A stretch of 64,000 nt of DNA from an uncultured Clostridia bacterium. GTDB taxonomy: Bacteria > Bacillota > Clostridia > TANB77 > CAG-508. Positions 21,443-31,596 of this stretch are shown in pieces. Within the stretch, counting starts at the first letter, position 1; each line of letters starts with the position of its first letter. A model generated the notes under the pieces. That model was given only the letters and a program-made list of their open reading frames with translations, made no database searches and was not told the DNA's origin. The position numbers and the translations under genes are program-made. Location: NCBI GenBank assembly GCA_944389475.1, contig CALXMM010000005.1, positions 735 to 64,734 of the forward strand, written 5' to 3'.

Positions 21443-21510
21443 TTATGTAACTAAAATATTAAAAGTGAATATACTATTAAAAAAAGCATATACTGTGATT
21501 ATGGAGGGAT

Positions 21511-22056
21511 ATGATGTCTTTTGATAATTACATATATGCTAATTTTAATTTAGAATTAAATAAAATTATAAAAAAAGTAAATGAAAAGAAGTATTCAAAT
21601 CTAATATTTATTTGTATTGGAACAAATAAAATAGTTGGAGATAGTTTGGGACCGATAGTTGGAGAAATTTTAAAACAAAACTTAAAAAAGAAAAATGTAT
21701 CCATTATAGGAGATTTAAAGGAAAATGTAAATATAAAAAATATTTCTAAATATATTAAATATATAGAAAACAATTATACAAAGCCATATATTATAAGTAT
21801 AGACTCCGCATTATCAAAGACAATTGCCCCAGAAAATGTATTTATTATAAAAAAGGGGCTAATACCGGGAAGCGCCTTAAAGAAAGAATCAAAAGAAATA
21901 GGAAATATTTCTATAAAAGGAATTGTTGGAAGATATGATAAAAATTCATTAAAAAATTTTTATAACTTAAAAACTGTGGATTATAAATTAATACTGCGAT
22001 TTTCAAAAAATATTTCAAAAATTATATTAAAAAGTATAAAATTTCTAAATTTGTAA
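21511..22056 (+). CDS. yyaC: Spore protease YyaC-family protein
   Basis: FICIGTNKIVGDSLGPIVGE motif characteristic of YyaC/GPR-like proteases. Confidence 0.7.
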   Translation: MMSFDNYIYANFNLELNKIIKKVNEKKYSNLIFICIGTNKIVGDSLGPIVGEILKQNLKKKNVSIIGDLKENVNIKNISKYIKYIENNYTKPYIISIDSALSKTIAPENVFIIKKGLIPGSALKKESKEIGNISIKGIVGRYDKNSLKNFYNLKTVDYKLILRFSKNISKIILKSIKFLNL

Positions 22057-22092
22057 AAAATTTATATAAATACAAATTTAGAGGTGATACAT

Positions 22093-22431
22093 ATGGATAT
22101 GAAAAATATGGTTGTAATAAGAAATTTACCTTCGAATATTGTTGAGGAAGCCTGGGTTGTTATTAAACCGGAGGTGAAAAATAAAGAAAAAGAGCTTATT
22201 AAAAGAATGAAAAATAATAATTTTAGTAGCAAAGCAAAAACAAGTTATGTGTTAGAAGAGGCACAAACTGTAATTGCAGATTATTTAAAAAATATAAATA
22301 GTTATAAAGATAAGAAAAAATATAATGATATTATAAAAAAATATAATAAGCAAAAGAAAGTAAGTCTTATATTATTTGGAGTATTAATGATAATGCTAAT
22401 ATTTCTTATTGGAGATAAATTATTTCTTTAA
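22093..22431 (+). CDS. Hypothetical protein with a C-terminal TM anchor
   Basis: AGAGGTGA RBS before the ATG at 22093. The sequence is Lys-rich with a C-terminal hydrophobic helix. Confidence 0.45.
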   Translation: MDMKNMVVIRNLPSNIVEEAWVVIKPEVKNKEKELIKRMKNNNFSSKAKTSYVLEEAQTVIADYLKNINSYKDKKKYNDIIKKYNKQKKVSLILFGVLMIMLIFLIGDKLFL

Positions 22432-22496
22432 ACATAAATACCAAACCTTATGAATATATTGTATAAATGTATTACTAAGGAAGAGGTGTTTTTTTT

Positions 22497-23354
22497 ATGG
22501 AAAGAGTATTATCAACAGAAGAAAGAATTAGAAGAGCAGAAGAAGTATATAGAAATAAAAATAATATTAAACAAGAACATCCAAGGCATATAGCAAGTAA
22601 AAGTAAAAATAGAATATTAAAAAAGATGATAATTCAAATTATTGTTTGTTTAAGCATATATTCTATATTTTATTTTTTTGAACATTCAGATGATTTATTC
22701 TCAAAAGATATGCTTAATAAAACAAATGAAATTATGGGATATGATATAAACTTTGATGAATTGTATAATAATTTTATGAATTGGCTACATTCTATGAATT
22801 TATTTACAAATGATGTGGTAAATGAAGTTACTAATAATACTACAAATGAAATACTAAATGAGATTAATGCAAATGAAGTTTTAAATGAAAGTATCGGTGG
22901 AGCGGTAGAAGAAGAGACACCAACGAATTTATCACAAATGGAAATTGATGCAAATGATATAAAGAGTAAGTACAATTTAATAAAACCGCTTACAGGAACG
23001 ATTACATCAAGATTTGGACATAGGGAACCGACAACAGCCACAGTTCCTAAAAATCATACGGGAATAGATATTGCTGCAAATACAGGTACTGTAATATATG
23101 CTGCATTGGATGGAGTAGTTAAAATTGCTTCAAGTGAAGGGGATTATGGTAATCACTTAAGGATTGAAAAAGATGATGTAGCAATTTATTATGCTCATTG
23201 TAATAAATTATATGTTAAAGAAGGAGATTATGTAACTCAAAACCAACCAATTGCAGAAGTGGGAGCCACAGGAAATGTAACTGGTCCACATTTACATTTC
23301 GAAATAAGAAAAGATGACAGATATGTAGACCCTGATATGATTTTAAATTTCTAG
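22497..23354 (+). CDS. M23/LytM-domain membrane protein in the SpoIVFA position
   Basis: A TM helix after the basic N-terminus and a C-terminal M23 domain with HTGIDI and HLHFEI. It lies directly upstream of a SpoIVFB-type M50 protease. Confidence 0.7.
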   Translation: MERVLSTEERIRRAEEVYRNKNNIKQEHPRHIASKSKNRILKKMIIQIIVCLSIYSIFYFFEHSDDLFSKDMLNKTNEIMGYDINFDELYNNFMNWLHSMNLFTNDVVNEVTNNTTNEILNEINANEVLNESIGGAVEEETPTNLSQMEIDANDIKSKYNLIKPLTGTITSRFGHREPTTATVPKNHTGIDIAANTGTVIYAALDGVVKIASSEGDYGNHLRIEKDDVAIYYAHCNKLYVKEGDYVTQNQPIAEVGATGNVTGPHLHFEIRKDDRYVDPDMILNF

Positions 23355-23371
23355 GCTAGAAAGAGTGTAAA

Positions 23372-24028
23372 ATGGAATTTAAAATAGATATAAAAATATT
23401 TTTAATTGCACTAGTATTTTTACTGGTTAATCAAATTGATATGTATATATTATTTATGCTATTTGCAATTATACATGAATGTTTTCATCTCTTAGCAGGG
23501 ATAATTTTAGGATACAAAGTAAAAAGTATGCAGATTATGCCATTTGGATTATCAATTTGCTTTAAAGAAAAAGAAGAGGAATATAATACCAAGGTTAGAA
23601 AATCAAATATTAATAATTTAAAGAAAATAATTATATTAATGGCAGGACCATTTTCAAATATAGTTATTGCTTTTATTTTTTTGAGCTTAAATATAATAGA
23701 ACCTGTTTATATAAATATATTGATTGCAATTTTTAATTTATTACCAATATTTCCATTGGATGGAGGTCAAATATTAAATAGGGTATTAAGAATTATATAT
23801 GGAAATTTTGAGGCTTATAGAATAAGTAACTATATTAATAATATAATAATGTGCATTATTACAGCATTGGCGAGTATAGGAATATTATATTTTAAGAATA
23901 TAGCAATTCTTTTTATTGTTATTTTTATGTGGTATTTAACAATAAAGGAAAATAAAAAATATAGGGAAATAAGAAAATATTTTAAATATTTTCACAAACT
24001 GGACAAAAAAAGTAATTATAATATATAA
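23372..24028 (+). CDS. spoIVFB: Site-2 (M50) intramembrane metalloprotease, SpoIVFB-type
   Basis: HECFHLLAG (HExxH) and NLLPIFPLDGG motifs in a polytopic protein. Confidence 0.75.
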   Translation: MEFKIDIKIFLIALVFLLVNQIDMYILFMLFAIIHECFHLLAGIILGYKVKSMQIMPFGLSICFKEKEEEYNTKVRKSNINNLKKIIILMAGPFSNIVIAFIFLSLNIIEPVYINILIAIFNLLPIFPLDGGQILNRVLRIIYGNFEAYRISNYINNIIMCIITALASIGILYFKNIAILFIVIFMWYLTIKENKKYREIRKYFKYFHKLDKKSNYNI

Positions 24029-24054
24029 TGATTATGTAAAAGGAGCGAAGAATT

Positions 24055-24735
24055 ATGGTTAGTGAAAATATTTTGATAGTAGATGATGAATCACGAATGA
24101 GAAAATTAATTAAAGATTTTTTGGCTCAAAAAGGATATGGTATTTTAGAAGCTGGAGATGGAGAAGAAGCCCTAGAAGTTTTTGAAGAAAATCAAAATAA
24201 AATAAATTTAATATTATTAGATGTAATGATGCCTAAATTAGATGGTTGGTCTGTTTTAAGACAAATAAGACAGAAATCTCAAGTGCCTATAATAATGCTA
24301 ACTGCAAGAGGAGAGGAACAGGATGAATTGTTTGGATTTGAATTGGGAGTGGATGAATATATATCTAAACCATTTAGTCCAAAGATATTGGTTGCAAGAG
24401 TTGAAGCAATTTTGAAGAGAACTAGAAAAGATACTGACAAAGTTAAGGATTATGGAGGTATCACAATAGATCCTGAAGGAAGAACTGTAAAGGTTGATGG
24501 TAAACAAATAGATTTAAGTTTAAGAGAGTATGAACTATTAAAATATTTAGTAGATAATGAAAACATTGCTTTATCAAGAGATAAAATATTAAATAATGTA
24601 TGGAATTATGATTATTATGGGGATTCAAGAACCATAGATAGCCACATAAAAAAGATTAGACATAAATTGGGTAAAAAAGGAAAATATATAGAAACAATGC
24701 GTGGCGTTGGATATAAATTTGAGGTAAAAGATTGA
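24055..24735 (+). CDS. OmpR-family response regulator
   Basis: Receiver domain (ILIVDDE..LLDVMMPKLDG) plus a winged-helix output domain (RTIDSHIKKIRHKL..RGVGYKF). Confidence 0.9.
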   Translation: MVSENILIVDDESRMRKLIKDFLAQKGYGILEAGDGEEALEVFEENQNKINLILLDVMMPKLDGWSVLRQIRQKSQVPIIMLTARGEEQDELFGFELGVDEYISKPFSPKILVARVEAILKRTRKDTDKVKDYGGITIDPEGRTVKVDGKQIDLSLREYELLKYLVDNENIALSRDKILNNVWNYDYYGDSRTIDSHIKKIRHKLGKKGKYIETMRGVGYKFEVKD

Positions 24736-26234
24736 AAAAGTTAAAGAAAAGATATAATTCTATACGTTATAAACTATTTGGAACACTTGCTGTTGCGGTA
24801 ATAATAATAATTTTATTTTTAATTATATTAAATAATATAGTTTTAGAATCCTTTTATTTATATACGAAGCAGGGGGCTTTAATAGATATATTTAACGAAG
24901 TAAATAAAGCATATAATACTAATCAATCAGAAAAATTTATTACTAATTTATTATCTGGTTATGCTGCAAAAAGTAATTATGATATTATATTAGAAACACA
25001 GGATGGAATAAATTTATATACATCAAACGAAAACTTTATTCAGACAATAGATGAAATAAATGATATGAGGATTGAAAATAAAAAAAATATAATTTATGCT
25101 AATAAAAATATGAACATAAAAAAAGTTAAAGACCCTAAAGATAATAATACATATATACTATTATCAGGATATTTAGATAATAACTATAATTTATATATAA
25201 GAATGCCAATTTCATCAATTCAAGAAAGTGTAAGGATATCAAATACATTTTTATATTTAATAGGTGCAATTACTTTGGTAATTGCTGGAATATTAATTAC
25301 ATTTATATCTAAAAGATTTACAGAACCAATAGAGGAATTGAATGATATAGCAGAAAAAATGTCAAAACTAGATTTTAGTAAAAAATTTCATCCAAAAGAT
25401 GTTGATGATGAAATAAATACATTGGGAAAAAGTATTAATATTATGTCAGATAAACTAGAGGCAACAATAGAGCAATTAAGAAATTCTAACATAGAACTAG
25501 AAAAGGACATAGAAGAAAAATCACAGATAGAACAAATGAGAACACAATTTATCTCAGATGTTTCACATGAGCTTAAAACTCCAATTGCTTTAATACAGGG
25601 ATATGCAGAAGGATTAGTAGAAAATGTTAATACGGATGATGAAAACAGACAATTTTATGCAAATGTAATTTTGGATGAAGCAAATAAAATGGACAAATTA
25701 GTAAAACAATTATTAGAACTTATGAAACTTGAATATGGAAAAAGAGAATTTCAAAATGAAAACTTTAATATTGTTGAATTAATACAAGAAGTTATTAGAA
25801 AATCCAAAGTAATGCTTGAAGAAAATCATATTGAGGTTAGAAAAGATATGCCGGAAGAAGTTATGGTATATGCTGATGAATTCTATATTGAACAGGTTGT
25901 AACTAATTATTTTACAAATGCAATAAAACATGCAAAAGAAGTCTTTAATGAAAAATATATTCAAATAAAAATAGAAACAAAGACTAAGAATAATAAAGTT
26001 AGAATATATGTATTTAATACAGGAGACAATATAGCCGAAGAGAATTTACAAAGAATTTGGAGACGTTTTTATAAAGTTGATGCATCAAGAAATAGAGCTG
26101 ATGGAGGAACTGGAATTGGATTAGCATTAGTAAAAGCAATAATGAATAATTATAATAATGATTATGGTGTAGAAAATAAAGATACTGGTGTAGAATTTTA
26201 TTTTGACCTTGATAAAGAGCAGAAAGAAGAATAA
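24732..26234 (+). CDS. Sensor histidine kinase (two TM, HAMP, HisKA, HATPase_c)
   Basis: H-box FISDVSHELKTP, N-box NAIKH, and G-box GGTGIGLALV. It overlaps the regulator stop. Confidence 0.9.
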   Translation: MKKLKKRYNSIRYKLFGTLAVAVIIIILFLIILNNIVLESFYLYTKQGALIDIFNEVNKAYNTNQSEKFITNLLSGYAAKSNYDIILETQDGINLYTSNENFIQTIDEINDMRIENKKNIIYANKNMNIKKVKDPKDNNTYILLSGYLDNNYNLYIRMPISSIQESVRISNTFLYLIGAITLVIAGILITFISKRFTEPIEELNDIAEKMSKLDFSKKFHPKDVDDEINTLGKSINIMSDKLEATIEQLRNSNIELEKDIEEKSQIEQMRTQFISDVSHELKTPIALIQGYAEGLVENVNTDDENRQFYANVILDEANKMDKLVKQLLELMKLEYGKREFQNENFNIVELIQEVIRKSKVMLEENHIEVRKDMPEEVMVYADEFYIEQVVTNYFTNAIKHAKEVFNEKYIQIKIETKTKNNKVRIYVFNTGDNIAEENLQRIWRRFYKVDASRNRADGGTGIGLALVKAIMNNYNNDYGVENKDTGVEFYFDLDKEQKEE

Positions 26235-26266
26235 TTTTTTATGGTTTTTAAAAAAGAATAATAGAT

Positions 26267-26290
26267 AAAGCCCCTAGTAATAGGGGCTTT
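26267..26290 (+). terminator. Terminator after the two-component operon
   Basis: AAAGCCCCTA / TAGGGGCTTT hairpin followed by ATTCT. Confidence 0.55.
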
Positions 26291-26467
26291 ATTCTGCCCA
26301 AAAGGTGTATTTTGTCGAATATTGTCTTACGAAAAAGCTTTACAAAATACAAAGAATAATGTAATATAATGGAAATTGCAATTTTATTAAGAAACTCAAT
26401 ATAAATCCACCAAAGTAAAATTATATATTTTGTGGGTGGTTTAATTTCAAAAAAATTATTTCAATAG

Positions 26468-27082
26468 GTGGTGATAGTTATATGTAACTATAGTCATAAA
26501 AATATTATTTTATTATCTTTAATAATTTCATTGATTGTTTTTATTTTTTTAAATCAAATATTTTTTAAAAATCAAAGTCAAATTTTTGACAATTCTTTAG
26601 AAAAAATTATCCCGGATAATGTACAAGTAGAAATACAAATGCCTAACAATGCTGTTGAGCAAAATTATGTTAATCAAGTTGCTACAGCAAATTTCAATTC
26701 ATCTCTATGGCAAATAGAAATTCCAAAAATAAATTTAGTAGCACCAATAGAAGAAGGCACTACAACCGAAATTATGAATGAATATGTAGGTCATTTTACA
26801 GAAACACCTAAAGATAATGGCAATATAGGTCTTGCAGCTCATAATAGAGGTTATAGGGTAAATTATTTTGAAAAACTAAAATTACTAAAAGAAAATGATT
26901 TAATTATTTATACTTATAAAGGAAAAGTTTCCAAATACAAAGTTAATCAAATTGGAATTATAAAAGATACGGATTGGAGTAAATTAGAAAATACAAAAGA
27001 AAATAAATTAACATTAATAACATGTTTAGAAAATGAGCCGGAATATAGAAGATTTGTGCAGGCTATAAAAATAGAGAATTGA
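26468..27082 (+). CDS. Sortase-family transpeptidase
   Basis: N-terminal TM anchor, catalytic His (LAAHN), TLITC Cys motif and a downstream Arg. The start codon is uncertain (GTG at 26468). Confidence 0.8.
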   Translation: MVIVICNYSHKNIILLSLIISLIVFIFLNQIFFKNQSQIFDNSLEKIIPDNVQVEIQMPNNAVEQNYVNQVATANFNSSLWQIEIPKINLVAPIEEGTTTEIMNEYVGHFTETPKDNGNIGLAAHNRGYRVNYFEKLKLLKENDLIIYTYKGKVSKYKVNQIGIIKDTDWSKLENTKENKLTLITCLENEPEYRRFVQAIKIEN

Positions 27083-27094
27083 AAGGAGACAAAA

Positions 27095-28348
27095 ATGAAA
27101 AATTTAATTATAAAATTTATTGCAGTATTTAGTATTATATTAATTATTCTAAATGCTATATCTATAAAAGCATTTGCAAATATAGACAAAAAGAATTTAT
27201 ATTCTATAGGAGATTGTGGCAGATTACTAAAAAAAGGAGATATTGTTGTAAAAACATATATTGTAGTATATAACGAAAATGGAAAAGAGTATCCAGCATA
27301 TTGTTTGGATAAGGATAAGGCTGGAGTAAGTGATAGTATCAATTATTCTGTAGATTTGGATGGGGTAATTAAAAATGTATATATATGGAAAGCTATAACA
27401 AATGGTTACCCATATAAAACACCGGAAGAAATGGGATGTAATACTATTGGGGAGGCTTTTATGGCAACAAAAATGGCTGTATATTCTGTGCTATATAATT
27501 ATACAATAAATGATTTCTCTCCAATTGGTGAAGCTGGACAGAGGACATGGAATGCTTTAAATAATATACTATTAAAAGTTAATGATGGTAATAATAATCA
27601 AATATCATCAAATTTAAATATAATAGAAGAAACTGAAGAATGGAAAGAAAATAAAGAAATGCAAGGATATATAAGTAAAGATTTTAGTGTTAAATCTGAT
27701 GGACCAATTAATTCATATACTATATCAAAAGAAGGAGGAACAGATGGAGTAATTATAACTAATTTGGACAATGAGATTAAACAAGAATTTAATGCAAATG
27801 AAAAATTTAGAATTACAATACCAATAAGTGAATTAAGTGATGGTGGAAACATGAAATTAAAAGCTGTAGCAAATGTTGAAACTAAGCCAATATTTATTGG
27901 TAGAGCTGCAAATTCTTCTAATCAAGATTATGCCATAACAGGGGTTTCATATGAAAATGGTACTGGAGAAAAAGAAATTTATTATGGAAAAAATGAGACA
28001 AAAATAAAAATAATTAAAAAAGATGAAACAGGAGAAAAAAATTTAGAAGGTGCAATATTTCAATTATTAAATCAAAACAAAGAAATTATTATTTCAGAAA
28101 TTAGAACCAATAAAGATGGAGAGGCAATATTAGAGAATATAATTCCTGGTACATATTATTTAAAAGAAATCCAATCACCTGCGGGTTATATCTTATATGA
28201 TGGACTTATAGAGATAAGACCTGAGTATAATGAGGAATTAACAATAACAATGAAAAATACGAAGGAAGATATACCGGAAATAAATGTTCACACAAATGAA
28301 TTAGGATTTAAGAATGAAGTAAAAAAATTACCAAAAACAGGAATGTAA
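27095..28348 (+). CDS. Surface protein with an N-terminal thioester-type (TQXA-like) domain and a SpaA/Cna-B-type domain. It ends at LPKTGM without a hydrophobic tail.
   Basis: Signal peptide, AYCLDKDKAG and ITNGYPYK motifs, a GAIFQL..NKDGEA..PGTYYLKEIQSPAGY fold signature, and a C-terminal LPKTG followed by Met then stop. Confidence 0.7.
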   Translation: MKNLIIKFIAVFSIILIILNAISIKAFANIDKKNLYSIGDCGRLLKKGDIVVKTYIVVYNENGKEYPAYCLDKDKAGVSDSINYSVDLDGVIKNVYIWKAITNGYPYKTPEEMGCNTIGEAFMATKMAVYSVLYNYTINDFSPIGEAGQRTWNALNNILLKVNDGNNNQISSNLNIIEETEEWKENKEMQGYISKDFSVKSDGPINSYTISKEGGTDGVIITNLDNEIKQEFNANEKFRITIPISELSDGGNMKLKAVANVETKPIFIGRAANSSNQDYAITGVSYENGTGEKEIYYGKNETKIKIIKKDETGEKNLEGAIFQLLNQNKEIIISEIRTNKDGEAILENIIPGTYYLKEIQSPAGYILYDGLIEIRPEYNEELTITMKNTKEDIPEINVHTNELGFKNEVKKLPKTGM

Positions 28349-28459
28349 AATCAAATAGTTGTCGAAATTTCATTGACAGATATTTTTCAAAAATATATAA
28401 TTGTGAAAGAATAAAACCAATGAAAAATGAGAAATATTCAAATAGGAGGAATATTTGTA

Positions 28460-30244
28460 ATGAAATTTCGTGAGAAAAAAGATAATAAAAAATTAAAAAG
28501 AATAAGTTTAATAGTGTTAATAGTAATCGTGATAGTAGCGGTTATAATTGGAATTGTAATTGCTGTAAATAAAAGCAAAGAAAAATATACAGTAGAAAAA
28601 ATAAATAGTTCAGATATAAATTACTATCGAATTATTAGTGATGGAAAATCAGGTGTAATAGACAGAAATGGAAATGTTATTATTAGTCCTGAATATAATA
28701 CTATAAAAATTCCAAATCCTAAAAGACCTATATTTGTTTGCATTTACGACTATGATGCAACAACAGGTGAATATAAAACAAAAGTATTAAATGAGCAAAA
28801 TCAAGAAATATTAACAGATTACCAAGATGTTAACACTATAGAAATAAAAGAAATCGTAAGTAGTATTCCATACGAGAAGACAGTATTACAATATCAAAAA
28901 GATGGTAAATATGGAATAATTGATTTTGATGGAAAAGAGATTACTAAACCAATATATGAGGAAATAAAAAATATGCCATATAGAGAAGGTGAATTGGTTG
29001 TAAAGAAAGATGGTAAATATGGTGTTATTAATATAAATGGTGGAAAATTGTTAGACTATAAATATGATTATATAACAGGAGATAATTACTATAGTACGGA
29101 TAAAGAATATGCTCTTGATGGTTATATTGTAGGAATAAATGATGAAAATGGTAAAATGCAGTATGGATATTTAAATAGTAATAGAGACCAACTTCTAGAC
29201 ACAACATTTGACAAAATATATAGAATGAACAATGTAGAAGATGATGATAATATTTATTTAGTAGTAGAAAAAGAGGGAAAGACTCAATTATATAAAAATG
29301 ATAAGTTATTATTAGATAATGATTATCAATCAATTAATTATAATGAAGATAGTAAATTATTAATACTACAAAAAGATAATAAATATGGAGTGACAGACCT
29401 AAATGGTAAACAAATATTAAATGTAGAATATGACCAAATTCAAATACCGGGTAATTATATAACTGCGACTAAGGAAGGAGTTACAGAAACATATAATTTG
29501 TCAGGAGAAAAGCAAGCTAACCCTCAATATACAAATGTTATAATGACTGATAATGAAAATTATTATATAGCTATAGATTCAAATGATAAATATGGTGTTA
29601 TTTCTAGAGATGGTCAGGGAATAATACCAAACCAATATAATTATATTCAATATTTATATGATAATTACTTTATAGTAGGAGGAGATTCTGGTAAATCTGG
29701 AATAGTTAATGATAAAGGAGAGGAAGTAATTCCTATACAATATGAAGTTATTCAAAAATTAGACAATAGTGATGTTATCCAAGCTGTATATGGAAATATA
29801 TTAGAATTATACAATAAACAAATGTCTAAAATATTAGAAATGGAAAATGGAAAATTAGAAGTTAACGACAATTATATTAAAGTATATTCTGATACTGCGA
29901 CTCAATTTGTAGGAACAGATGGAACATTAAAAACAGATTTTGAAATCTTCCCTAATAATACTCTTTATGCATCTGAAAAAGATGGAAAATGGGGATTTGT
30001 TGATAATAATAATAATGTAAAAATTGATTATCAATATGATAAAGTAACAGAATTAAATGAATTAGGATTTGCAGGAATTAAGAAAGATGGAAAATGGGGA
30101 GTAATAGATAGGGATGGAAATGTTATTATACAGCCTATTTATGAAATCCCAGAACAAAATGGTGAGCCATCTTTTATAGGAAAATATTATAAAGTCATTT
30201 CTGGTTATGAAGAGGAATACTTTACAGATGATATAAATGAATAA
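28460..30244 (+). CDS. Membrane-anchored WG (KWG) repeat protein
   Basis: GGAGGA RBS before the ATG at 28460 and one TM. There are many repeats of the type DGKYGIIDFDGKEITKPIYEEI. Confidence 0.7.
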   Translation: MKFREKKDNKKLKRISLIVLIVIVIVAVIIGIVIAVNKSKEKYTVEKINSSDINYYRIISDGKSGVIDRNGNVIISPEYNTIKIPNPKRPIFVCIYDYDATTGEYKTKVLNEQNQEILTDYQDVNTIEIKEIVSSIPYEKTVLQYQKDGKYGIIDFDGKEITKPIYEEIKNMPYREGELVVKKDGKYGVININGGKLLDYKYDYITGDNYYSTDKEYALDGYIVGINDENGKMQYGYLNSNRDQLLDTTFDKIYRMNNVEDDDNIYLVVEKEGKTQLYKNDKLLLDNDYQSINYNEDSKLLILQKDNKYGVTDLNGKQILNVEYDQIQIPGNYITATKEGVTETYNLSGEKQANPQYTNVIMTDNENYYIAIDSNDKYGVISRDGQGIIPNQYNYIQYLYDNYFIVGGDSGKSGIVNDKGEEVIPIQYEVIQKLDNSDVIQAVYGNILELYNKQMSKILEMENGKLEVNDNYIKVYSDTATQFVGTDGTLKTDFEIFPNNTLYASEKDGKWGFVDNNNNVKIDYQYDKVTELNELGFAGIKKDGKWGVIDRDGNVIIQPIYEIPEQNGEPSFIGKYYKVISGYEEEYFTDDINE

Positions 30245-30255
30245 TTATACAAAAG

Positions 30256-30284
30256 ATAATAGGGCGGAAAAATCGCCCTATTAT
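30256..30284 (+). terminator. Terminator
   Basis: ATAATAGGGCG / CGCCCTATTAT hairpin. Confidence 0.55.
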
Positions 30285-30307
30285 CAATTAGGAAAGGGGT
30301 TTAATAA

Positions 30308-31561
30308 ATGTATCAAGAATTAGGAATATCAAAAAAAGTAGAAGATTTAGCAATAAAAACAGAAAATGAATTAAAGGAAGAGTTTAATAAAGTAGATAAA
30401 ATATGTGAAATGAATAGCTTAAAAGTATTAAAAGCATTTCAAGATAATAATGTTTCAGAAGTACACTTTGGAACAACAACTGGTTATGGATATGATGATA
30501 TTGGGAGAGAAACTATAGAAAAAATCTATTCTCAAATATTTAAATCAGAAGATAGTTTAGTTAGAAATCAATTTATTTCTGGAACACATGCTTTAACAGT
30601 TACATTATTTGGATTATTAAGACCAGGAGATACTTTACTAAGCATTTCAGGAGAACCATATGATACTTTACATGAAGTAATAGGAATAAAAGAGAATGCT
30701 AGTTCATTAAAATCATTTGGAGTAAATTATTCCCAAATAGATTTATTGGATAATGATTTTGATTATGAAAAAATACAAGATACTTTAAGAAATAACAAAA
30801 TAAAAGTTATAGAAATTCAAAGATCAAAGGGATATTCTACAAGAAAGACAATTAGTATAGATAAAGTAGAGAAAGTTATAAAAGCTATAAGAGAAGTAGA
30901 TAAAAATGTAATAATTATGATAGATAATTGTTATTGTGAATTTGTTACAGACAAAGAGCCAATCGAAGTTGGTGCAGATATTGCAGTAGGCTCATTAATA
31001 AAAAATTTAGGAGCTGGTATTGCTACAAACGGTGCATATGTTGTAGGAAGAAAAGACCTAATAAATTTGGTAGCAGAAAGATTAACTTCACCAGGAGAAG
31101 GAAAAGAAGTAGGACCTAGTTTGGGTGCTAATAAACAATTTCTTGAAGGATTATTCTTTGCTCCAAGTGTTGTTGCAAGTAGTTTAAAAACAGCAATTTT
31201 TACAAGTAAAATAATGGAGGAATTAGGTTACAAAACAGAGCCTAGATATGATGAAGATAGGGCTGATATTGTACAAAATATAGAATTTGGAAATGCGGAT
31301 GATTTAGTAAAATATTGTCAAGGAATTCAACAAGGTTCACCAATCGATTCAAATTCAATACCAGAACCTTGGGACATGCCTGGGTATGATGACAAAGTAA
31401 TTATGGCAGCTGGAGCATTTACACAAGGGTCTTCCATAGAATTATCTTGTGATGGACCAATTAGACCTCCATATATAGCTTATCAACAAGGAGCATTAAC
31501 ATATCAATATGGAAAATTAGGCGTTTTAAAGGCAGTGGATAATTTATTAAAAAATAAATAG
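30308..31561 (+). CDS. PLP-dependent YnbB / aluminium-resistance-protein family enzyme (Cys/Met metabolism-like)
   Basis: The sequence pattern is typical of the Met_gamma_lyase/YnbB family (HFGTTTGYGYDDIGRE.., QFISGTHAL, SLIKNLG). Confidence 0.7.
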   Translation: MYQELGISKKVEDLAIKTENELKEEFNKVDKICEMNSLKVLKAFQDNNVSEVHFGTTTGYGYDDIGRETIEKIYSQIFKSEDSLVRNQFISGTHALTVTLFGLLRPGDTLLSISGEPYDTLHEVIGIKENASSLKSFGVNYSQIDLLDNDFDYEKIQDTLRNNKIKVIEIQRSKGYSTRKTISIDKVEKVIKAIREVDKNVIIMIDNCYCEFVTDKEPIEVGADIAVGSLIKNLGAGIATNGAYVVGRKDLINLVAERLTSPGEGKEVGPSLGANKQFLEGLFFAPSVVASSLKTAIFTSKIMEELGYKTEPRYDEDRADIVQNIEFGNADDLVKYCQGIQQGSPIDSNSIPEPWDMPGYDDKVIMAAGAFTQGSSIELSCDGPIRPPYIAYQQGALTYQYGKLGVLKAVDNLLKNK

Positions 31562-31596
31562 TGCTAAAAATGAAAATATAGGAATGATGAAATAAG

